From assembly GCA_043745805.1 (NCBI GenBank), contig JAYTSD010000032.1:1-64000 (forward strand): a stretch of 64,000 bases of DNA, read 5' to 3'. Position 1 is the first letter of the stretch, and the number at the start of each line of letters is the position of its first letter. Under the pieces are notes generated by a model. It saw only the letters and a list, made by a program, of their open reading frames with translations. It was not told the origin of the DNA and made no database searches. Made by a program: the position numbers and the translations under genes. The DNA comes from Fibrobacteria bacterium (GTDB lineage: Bacteria; Fibrobacterota; Fibrobacteria; UBA11236). This document shows positions 56,582 to 64,000 of the stretch, in pieces.

Positions 56582-57790
56582 TTAATTTATCTCCGGCCAT
56601 CGACAAATTATGCGTTTAACAATTTCATCGGCAATAGCTAATGATGCTGTGGCGGCGGGAGATGGAGCATTGAGCACATGCAAGCTTCGCTCCCCTTCTT
56701 GAAAATAAAAATCATCCACTAATGAACCGTCTGTATGTAATGCTTGGGCTCGCACACCGGCTTCGGCGGATGTAAGCATATCGGCTTGGATTGCCGGAAC
56801 CAATTTTTGCAGCGCTTTGACAAAAGCTGCTTTGGAAAAAGAGCGATGAATTTCTGTTAAGCCCATTTTCCAATAACGTAAAGCTAGTTTGCGAAATCCC
56901 GCATTAAGTAAAACCGCTGTGAGTTCCGAAAAGGAAAAATCCATTTTCCGATACCCTTCACGTTTCATGGCCAAGACCGCATTGGGTCCGCATTCGGTGC
57001 TACCGTCAATCATACGAGTAAAATGCACACCTAAAAATGGAAAGGCGGGATCGGGAACCGGATAAATCAAATTACGAATCAAGCCTTTTTCTTCTGGCTT
57101 TAGCAAAAAATATTCTCCGCGAAAAGGGATAATGGCAATGCTAGGCTTTAATCCATCGAGCTTGGCTAAATGATCACTATAAAGTCCACCGCAATTAATA
57201 ATGAGATTTGCAGTGTATGAATTTTTATGGGTGATAATTTTTTTGCTTTCATTTTCATGGCTAATGCTTAAAACCTTTTCCCCTAAATGAATAGCGCCTC
57301 CCAATTGGAGAATACATTGGGCTAATTTTTCGGAAACCGTAAGGTAATTAACAATTCCTGTTTCGGGCACATGTAAACCGGCGATCCCTGTAGCGGAGGG
57401 CTCTAAGTTTTTTATTTCGTTTTGGGTTAAACGCCGGCAACCCTTTAAGCCATTTGCCTGCGCCTTAGCCCATAATTTATCTAATTCTGGAATTTGTTCG
57501 CTTTCAGTTGCGACAATAATTTTTCCACAAATATCATAGGGAATATTTTGGACTTGGCAAAAAGCAATTAGTTGTCGATACCCTTCTCGACATAATTGGG
57601 CTTTATAACTTCCGGGTTTATAGTAAATACCACTATGAATCACGCCACTATTGCGTCCTGTTTGATGTTGAGCTACACCCTTTTCTTTTTCTAAGAGCAA
57701 AAGTTTGGCCGCGGGAAATTTTTGCAAAAGCTTATAGGCGGTGGCTAATCCAACAATACCTCCGCCTATTACTATAAAGGAATATTTCAT
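56582..57790 (-). CDS. lhgO: L-2-hydroxyglutarate oxidase
   Basis: GGGIVG, HQTGRNSGVIHSGIYY, PFRGEY, PFLGVHFTR, NAPSPAATASLAI. Confidence 0.93.
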   Translation of the reverse strand: MKYSFIVIGGGIVGLATAYKLLQKFPAAKLLLLEKEKGVAQHQTGRNSGVIHSGIYYKPGSYKAQLCREGYRQLIAFCQVQNIPYDICGKIIVATESEQIPELDKLWAKAQANGLKGCRRLTQNEIKNLEPSATGIAGLHVPETGIVNYLTVSEKLAQCILQLGGAIHLGEKVLSISHENESKKIITHKNSYTANLIINCGGLYSDHLAKLDGLKPSIAIIPFRGEYFLLKPEEKGLIRNLIYPVPDPAFPFLGVHFTRMIDGSTECGPNAVLAMKREGYRKMDFSFSELTAVLLNAGFRKLALRYWKMGLTEIHRSFSKAAFVKALQKLVPAIQADMLTSAEAGVRAQALHTDGSLVDDFYFQEGERSLHVLNAPSPAATASLAIADEIVKRIICRWPEIN

Positions 57791-57932
57791 TTCTGAAAGA
57801 AAGTATAAATCAAGAAATGATTCGGTTGGAAGGGCAAAATCATGTTATTTTTCAACTGGAATTTTAGTCTTCGAAACTTATACTTTTCTGAGATTTTTTA
57901 TGCGTATGGTTTATTTGTGAACGGGATGGATT

Positions 57933-59843
57933 ATGAAAAAAATAGGAATTGGTGCCCTTATTCTTTTGCTTATCGCAGGAATAGCTTTCGTTATTTATCA
58001 AAATACTCCGCATAAAAAATATGTTCGGCATATCACCAAAGCCCGACTATTTGCCAAAGAAAAAAACTTAACTGCTGCAGAACAAGAATATGAATTAGCC
58101 CTAAAAGCAGTGCATACATTTTCATCGGATATTGCACTAGAATATCTTCGTTTTAAAATCACAAAATTAATTGCAGAAAATAAGTGGCATGAAGCAACTC
58201 TTGCTGCACTTGACTTTGTCAAAGCCTATCCAGAGAATAATGAAGGGCAAGTTTTTTATGCTCAATTGGCTTATCGCACGGGGGATGCGGAAGCAGCCTT
58301 CGAAGCTATTGATAAAGTATTATTGGCTAAGCCTACTCACTTTGAAGCACGTAATTTACTTGCCCAATTACGAGCAAGTCAGGGCAGAGTGGATTTAGCA
58401 GAAGATCAATTGCGTTTGCTCCAAAAAAGCTATCCCGACTCCGTATCGGTATTGTTACCCTTGGTAGAAGCTTTAATCAAACAAGGTAAAGTTGTAGAAT
58501 GTCGTGCGATTTTACAAAAGGTAATTGCAACGCATCCAAATATAGCCCAAGCGCGCTTGTATCTTATGGACACCTATTTATTGGAGCGTCGTCCTGACTC
58601 TGCACAAGGTGTACTTACGGATTGGAAAAATCAAGATTCCAGCTTAATGCAAGAAATTAGTGTACGGCAAGCACGTCTTTATTCATTACTCAATAAATTG
58701 GAAGACGCCGAAAAATGTTTGCAACCTTATTTAAACAAAAGCCCAAAAAATATTGATGCTTTTTCCGAAAAAGCGATTTTGTTAGTGAAGCGGGGTAAAT
58801 ACGATAGTGCAATGCAAGTTTACGAAACCATGGCCGATCTTAAGGCTAATATTCGCGGTCAAACCAGTATGCTAGCCCATTTCATTGCCTTAAAAAATCA
58901 AGAGCCCGCTAAAGCCTTAGGGTATTTGAAGATTTTGCAAGTGGGTGATAAATCAGATCGTTTATCACAATTTCTAGTGGCTTGTTATATAGCAATGGGT
59001 TTAGAAAATAAAGCTCAAGAATTGGTCGATACGCAAAAAAAATCCTCTCAAAATTTAAGTGAATTACTCAAGCAACTCTCCCTTGGAAAAGAATTCATTG
59101 GGGAATGGGCGCTGGTACAATATTTTCAATTGACCAAACAAGATTATTGGGCTTTAGCCACGGCTGCGAGTTGGCAAAAAAAATGGCCCAAAAGCCAATT
59201 GGCAGCTGGGATGTTCGCTACTCAGCTGATTGCCTTAAAACAATATAAGGTTGCCTTAAGCATTTTAGAAAAACAGCAGTTTACTTTGCCTGCTCAAAGG
59301 ATAGGATTAATCGATTTATATATTCAAACTAATCAAATTGATAAAGCTTTAATCTTAGCGAATGAATTAACAAATGGCCCAGCGAAAATGCAGGGCTTAA
59401 ATACACTATTGGCCGATTTATATATTCGTAAAGGACAAAAAGAAAAAGCTATGGAGATTTTCAAATTACAATTTGAACAAGATCCAAAAAATTTAGTGTG
59501 TGCAAATAATTTGGCATGGGAATATGGCGTTGTACAAAAAGATTATAGCAAAGCAAAAGTCTATATTGAAGCATTAAAGAATGCTAAGCATAATGATCCA
59601 CGACTTTATGATACCATAGGCTGGGTGCTTGCAATGGCAGAGAAATGGGATGAAGCCGAAACAAATTTACATAAGGCAACTTTATTAATCCCTGACTTTC
59701 CTCCAGTCATGTATCACTTTGGTTATGTTAAAGTGCAACAAGGTAAAAAGGCTGAAGGAAAAAAATGGGTAGACCAAGCTTTAAGTTCAACGGCTGCATT
59801 TGAAGAAAGAGCCGAAGCAAAAGCTTTTGCGGCAGGCATTTAG
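57933..59843 (+). CDS. Membrane-anchored TPR-repeat protein
   Basis: N-terminal TM helix, many helical TPR-like repeats, NNLAW...DTIGWV. Confidence 0.85.
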   Translation: MKKIGIGALILLLIAGIAFVIYQNTPHKKYVRHITKARLFAKEKNLTAAEQEYELALKAVHTFSSDIALEYLRFKITKLIAENKWHEATLAALDFVKAYPENNEGQVFYAQLAYRTGDAEAAFEAIDKVLLAKPTHFEARNLLAQLRASQGRVDLAEDQLRLLQKSYPDSVSVLLPLVEALIKQGKVVECRAILQKVIATHPNIAQARLYLMDTYLLERRPDSAQGVLTDWKNQDSSLMQEISVRQARLYSLLNKLEDAEKCLQPYLNKSPKNIDAFSEKAILLVKRGKYDSAMQVYETMADLKANIRGQTSMLAHFIALKNQEPAKALGYLKILQVGDKSDRLSQFLVACYIAMGLENKAQELVDTQKKSSQNLSELLKQLSLGKEFIGEWALVQYFQLTKQDYWALATAASWQKKWPKSQLAAGMFATQLIALKQYKVALSILEKQQFTLPAQRIGLIDLYIQTNQIDKALILANELTNGPAKMQGLNTLLADLYIRKGQKEKAMEIFKLQFEQDPKNLVCANNLAWEYGVVQKDYSKAKVYIEALKNAKHNDPRLYDTIGWVLAMAEKWDEAETNLHKATLLIPDFPPVMYHFGYVKVQQGKKAEGKKWVDQALSSTAAFEERAEAKAFAAGI

Positions 59844-61645
59844 GGACCGAAGAGCAGGAGGGAATGGGCTTGGTTTTTGAAAACCTTGACACTTCCAAAT
59901 CCATAAGTCGCTTCCAAATTTAAGGGCGACTTTAACACATGATACAGCACCACAGGATAACCATTTTTCTTTGCCGCAAACAAAACAGAATCCATACGTA
60001 TAAATTCAAGCTTCGAGATTTCAATTAATTGTTGTTCTGGCCACCCTTGTTTATGCAGATAAAATTCGGTGTAATAGGGATAATAAAGGCCCGTAAAGAG
60101 AACTTTTTCTTTGGGATAATGTATTTCCAAATACTTTAATGCTTCTCGATAAGGATAGGATTGATCACCTACATCGACTCCATAAATACCCCAGTCCTGA
60201 ACTCTCGTTCCATCCTTATGTACGGGAGAGTAATAACTTTGTACTCCTATTGCGAATGCTAAAAATCCCAGCGCATACGGCAGATATTTCTTTGTCACCA
60301 GCCTTAAAAATTCCACAGCAAAAACGAGAAGACTGGGTAATAAAAAAAGATTAAAGCGACTGTATCCATTGTATTGTCGATTATCAAGAAAATGGAAAGT
60401 GGAATCTACTAGCAAAATTAAAGCAAGAAAAAATAATAGCTGCCATTTGCGGCGGACGAGTAGTAATACGAATCCTGCAATAGCTATAGGCAGTAAAAGG
60501 CCAAAGCTATCCCAGAGTGAATGCAACTGAATCCAATACAAGTGGGCATCCTGGATATATTCAAAGTGAGGTGAATAGAAGCGTGTGGGTCCAATGCGTA
60601 ATCGATAAAGCAGGTAAAGGCATATTGGGAAGCATATAGCAAAGCTGATTTTTAATTCCGCCAGCATCGGCTTCCATCCGAGTGATTGGTTTTTGATTAA
60701 ATGCGAAAGTCTAAAGATTATTCGACAACATAAAAAGACAAACAGAAAGGGTATGGTCGTTTCTTTCATAAATCCAAGGAGCAATAAGGCTATCCAACTG
60801 GGCATAGCTAATAATCGCTCTGGATCGCCACGCAGCAAGCGTATTGCCTGCAAACAAACCAAAGTCATACAGAACACGGCAGGCATCTCTAAATAGAAAA
60901 GTGAATCAAAATTTCGGATTACCGGAAGTGTGGCTAATAAAAAGAATAGTCCTAGCCTTAGAAAAATGGAATGCCGGCGTAGGCTATAGAAGCCCAATCC
61001 CGCCAAGCATGCGGCGGAAAGTAAGGGGAGTAGGCGATAAGGGATTTCGGGATAGGGATTATGCCGAATAAGGTTGGCGAAGTAAGCAAGGGTAGCCGCG
61101 ACATAATGCAGAAAAATAGGATAGCGTAAAGCATGATAGAGATCGATATGGGCACGATGTCCTACCCATGTTACCCCTAAAAAAAAGACCGCAGCAATGA
61201 ATATCAAGAGTCCATCCAAGGATGGACGTAAAAAGGCAAAGATTAAAAAAAGTGCCAAAGCTAAGAAATACATTTTATGCAAAGCGAGTGAATGGGTAAT
61301 TTGCACGGCACAAAAAATATGATAATCCTCATCGCCACGCCAAGGTATGGAGACGGAAAGGCAGCGAAATTCCATCAAGAAAAATATTATGAAGAATAAG
61401 CAAAAGCAGAGAAGCTGGCGGAGCGAAAAAATCCGAAAATCCCCACTACAAATCCAAGCCCAATAGAATCCAGCCAGAGCGGAGATTATCCATGCAAACC
61501 CTTTTAAAGGCAAGCCCGGTAGGCTATTCCAAAGCGGAGTTAATATAAAGCATAATAGGTATAGGCTAAAAAGCAAAGCAAAACCCAGCGGTCTGGAGAT
61601 TTTCAGGCGTTTGGAAAAATTCATCACAATTATTTTAGCATGCAA
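59840..61645 (-). CDS. Polytopic membrane protein, possibly a GT-C-fold glycosyltransferase
   Basis: Many TM segments; acidic loop motif WRGDEDYH; YSRFNLFLLP; soluble C-terminal domain. Confidence 0.6.
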   Translation of the reverse strand: MHAKIIVMNFSKRLKISRPLGFALLFSLYLLCFILTPLWNSLPGLPLKGFAWIISALAGFYWAWICSGDFRIFSLRQLLCFCLFFIIFFLMEFRCLSVSIPWRGDEDYHIFCAVQITHSLALHKMYFLALALFLIFAFLRPSLDGLLIFIAAVFFLGVTWVGHRAHIDLYHALRYPIFLHYVAATLAYFANLIRHNPYPEIPYRLLPLLSAACLAGLGFYSLRRHSIFLRLGLFFLLATLPVIRNFDSLFYLEMPAVFCMTLVCLQAIRLLRGDPERLLAMPSWIALLLLGFMKETTIPFLFVFLCCRIIFRLSHLIKNQSLGWKPMLAELKISFAICFPICLYLLYRLRIGPTRFYSPHFEYIQDAHLYWIQLHSLWDSFGLLLPIAIAGFVLLLVRRKWQLLFFLALILLVDSTFHFLDNRQYNGYSRFNLFLLPSLLVFAVEFLRLVTKKYLPYALGFLAFAIGVQSYYSPVHKDGTRVQDWGIYGVDVGDQSYPYREALKYLEIHYPKEKVLFTGLYYPYYTEFYLHKQGWPEQQLIEISKLEFIRMDSVLFAAKKNGYPVVLYHVLKSPLNLEATYGFGSVKVFKNQAHSLLLFGP

Positions 61646-61700
61646 ATGACTTTACATCACCCTTGCAATTTAATTCTTTGCAGTTAATAGCGAATGAAGC

Positions 61701-62963
61701 TTAATATGAGTAGAATATTTGATGCACAGGATTTTTTCCCATACTGCACTTTCCCATTCCATTAAATAAATTTTGGTTTAATGATTTTGCTTTTGTCTTA
61801 TAAGGTGAAAAAATACTGACTTGATTTCCAAACTCATAAGCGCCAATATCAATAGTTCCCACCGATTGCCTCGATTCACTGGAAAGTGGATGTACATATT
61901 GAAATGCGGGCATTAAACTAAATCCATGCGCAGTACCCGGATTGGCACCTTGATTTATCGCGGCAGAGTTAGCTAATAAATGAAAATCAAAAATAGCGAT
62001 ATTAACTAAGCCGGCATTGGCGGTTTCTAAATTATTGGATGTATCCGAGGGACCTTCTACGGCTCTTCCTCCCCCAATAAAAAGATTATTCATCACTTTT
62101 GCTTTGCCCATTCCGTTCGTAATGGATACAAAAACATCGGATGATCCGGCTCGGTTATTAATAATGGTATTATTAATAACATATAAATCTTTTCCGCGTA
62201 TTTTAGTCAATGGTTCTTCGCCATAAGCAATGATTGCAGGGTTATCGGTATTAGGACTTTGCCGAATTAAATTTCCGATAATATAAGAAGTGCCAGCTTC
62301 GGGAATATCAATCTCATAACTGGCCGTGCCAGTTACTTCATCCATTATGCGATTGTAAAGTATATAACTCGTATCGGCACGGGTTTTAACGAGATGGCCA
62401 ATTTTTGCATCATGACTATAGCTATTGCGCAAGGTGAAGCTTTTTGCATAGCCGATATATATGTTATGGCTTTGACCATCTCCAAATCCATTGCGCGCGA
62501 ATTCACTGTTTTCAATTAAAACAGTTCCACCATCACCACCTAAAATTCCATTTTCATTGTCATGAAAAAAACAATGACGAATAATGACATTGGGACCTTC
62601 TTGACGAATACCTGCACCATTTTGATCGGGAACTGAGGCGCCAGAAAATTCAATATTTTCTACGACAGTATTTTTTCCACCGATTACCCAAATTGCTTTT
62701 CCACCTTCATTTTTGCCATTGGCCGCTAAATGTGCATATTTAGAAGAGCCCCGTAACACCAAATTATCGGCACGCCAACTTGTAACATCGCCATTATAAA
62801 GTCCAGCTGCAATTTCAACGGTATCGCCATTCTGTGCATCAACTGAGGCTAAGCTCGGCTTAGCATATTTTTTTCCTGGTCCCACCTCTAATTTTCGCGC
62901 CTCGAGCTGCATAGTCAATAAAACGCTTAGAGCTAAAAATAGTCGATCGAATTTATGGAGCAT
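61701..62963 (-). CDS. Secreted right-handed beta-helix protein
   Basis: Signal peptide; DQNGAGIRQEG, FHDNENGIL, HNIYIG, GHLVKTRA; DFHL...DIGAYE. Confidence 0.82.
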   Translation of the reverse strand: MLHKFDRLFLALSVLLTMQLEARKLEVGPGKKYAKPSLASVDAQNGDTVEIAAGLYNGDVTSWRADNLVLRGSSKYAHLAANGKNEGGKAIWVIGGKNTVVENIEFSGASVPDQNGAGIRQEGPNVIIRHCFFHDNENGILGGDGGTVLIENSEFARNGFGDGQSHNIYIGYAKSFTLRNSYSHDAKIGHLVKTRADTSYILYNRIMDEVTGTASYEIDIPEAGTSYIIGNLIRQSPNTDNPAIIAYGEEPLTKIRGKDLYVINNTIINNRAGSSDVFVSITNGMGKAKVMNNLFIGGGRAVEGPSDTSNNLETANAGLVNIAIFDFHLLANSAAINQGANPGTAHGFSLMPAFQYVHPLSSESRQSVGTIDIGAYEFGNQVSIFSPYKTKAKSLNQNLFNGMGKCSMGKNPVHQIFYSY

Positions 62964-63035
62964 ACTTTTCTTTCCTCAGTAATTACATGAGATCGCTATT
63001 TGCTTGGCCGTTAAAATAGCATATTGCAGAGTAAA

Positions 63036-63860
63036 TTATAATTGCCTGCGAAAGTTAATCGCAGCTTGCAAATGTTGACGATGATAACCATCTCCCGAAT
63101 ATTTTCCATCGGTAAGCAAGGTTCTAGCGGATATTTGAATCAGAATACGTTGCAGGGTATCTAAATCATCCGGAAAAATGGAGGTGGTGCATTGTGCAGA
63201 ACTTATAAATCGAAAATTTAATGAATCAATACCTTCGGCTAAATTCAAAGTATCAGGTTGTAAATCATTTCGTAAACCGGGAATTAAATGTATGCGAAAA
63301 TGCCCCTGTCCATCGGTTTTTAAAATCTGCCTTGCTACGGGATATAAATTTACATAGGCAGGTGCATTAGGGAAATTAGCCGCATTAATACCCACTACTA
63401 ATAAGGTATCAGTACTAGTGATTTGGATACTTATAATCGCGGTATCTTGTGTAATACCTTCAGCCCAAACATAAAATTTAAAAAGGGAATCGGAATGCGC
63501 AGGAATACGAAAAGTGGTTTGTGAGAAAGAATTTCCACTGCTAAATTTCTGAGCACGAATCTTGGTTTGGGTAGGATTCATTTTGAATCCTAATCCATTT
63601 ACATCAGGAAAAATCGCATGGCTATGACTGGGTAATCCTGCTCCAGCTTGGGTGAGATAGTATTGCGATTCTTGTAATGTGTATTGTCCATTCATTCGCA
63701 TTTCAGCAATTCCACTTTGTACCAACATACCCTTATGTTGAATATGATAGATGTAGAGAATACCTGCAATAGCGATAGTAGCAATACAAGATGCGACTAA
63801 AACTTCTAATAAGGAAATTCCTTTTGGTGAGGAAATTAAGCGCTTACCTAAAATTTTCAT
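63036..63860 (-). CDS. Type IV pilus minor pilin, PilW-like (prepilin N-methylation motif)
   Basis: KG|ISLLEVLVA class III signal with E5 and a hydrophobic helix; ATG 63860 preferred. Confidence 0.8.
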   Translation of the reverse strand: MKILGKRLISSPKGISLLEVLVASCIATIAIAGILYIYHIQHKGMLVQSGIAEMRMNGQYTLQESQYYLTQAGAGLPSHSHAIFPDVNGLGFKMNPTQTKIRAQKFSSGNSFSQTTFRIPAHSDSLFKFYVWAEGITQDTAIISIQITSTDTLLVVGINAANFPNAPAYVNLYPVARQILKTDGQGHFRIHLIPGLRNDLQPDTLNLAEGIDSLNFRFISSAQCTTSIFPDDLDTLQRILIQISARTLLTDGKYSGDGYHRQHLQAAINFRRQL

Positions 63861-63888
63861 AAAACCTTCGCACAAAAATAAACCTTTT

Positions 63889-63999
63889 TTATCTGGGTCG
63901 ATACACCACAAAGCCATAAGTTTTGGTGACTAAATTACCAGCTTGATTTTTAAAATCAGCCATTAGGGTAACATAACGTAAGGTAGTGGTATCTTGTTG
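63889..63999 (-). CDS. C-terminal end of the upstream gene (5' partial), possibly another minor pilin
   Basis: Open frame ...QQDTTTLRYVTLMADFKNQAGNLVTKTYGFVVYRPR* ending 28 nt before the PilW-like start. Confidence 0.5.
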   Translation of the reverse strand, partial: QQDTTTLRYVTLMADFKNQAGNLVTKTYGFVVYRPR

Positions 64000-64000
64000 A

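Noticed and set aside
1-64000. tRNA, rRNA, CRISPR array, integrase or prophage structural genes
   Set aside because: None recognised by eye; tRNAscan-SE and Infernal would be needed to exclude them formally.

Overview
This is a 64 kb window of an AT-rich bacterial chromosome, probably Fibrobacterota. That placement is inferred from a fibro-slime protein, FlgD-Ig/T9SS-like C-terminal tails and a split prealbumin-like N-terminus. Housekeeping genes (priA, msrA, ssb, valS, trpE-G-D-C, lhgO, namZ plus a murU-like gene) are interleaved with many secreted carbohydrate-active or surface proteins: GH55, GSDH with F5/8C repeats, fibro-slime, two beta-helix proteins and an S8 protease. The window starts in a frameshifted IS3 element. 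I recognised no tRNA, rRNA or CRISPR array. Two accessory cassettes stand out. (1) 24049-31552 (-) holds four co-oriented genes without signal peptides and looks like an orphan contractile-injection (T6SS/eCIS-type) effector module. Its last gene encodes two annexin-like repeats, a Bacillus Tgl-like transglutaminase domain with intact Cys/Glu/His, and an HEXXH peptidase domain. (2) 43910-46130 (+) encodes a secreted Asp-box protein followed by two paralogous ~100-aa secreted proteins that resemble AB5-toxin B subunits. Signals missed by the ORF track are a Flavo-1-like structured element after priA, operator palindromes for a WYL regulator, a TetR and BrnTA, a deleted brnT, and a lipoprotein pseudogene; the HD-GYP gene behind fapA is degenerate. 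All family assignments come from motif recognition by eye; no searches were run.
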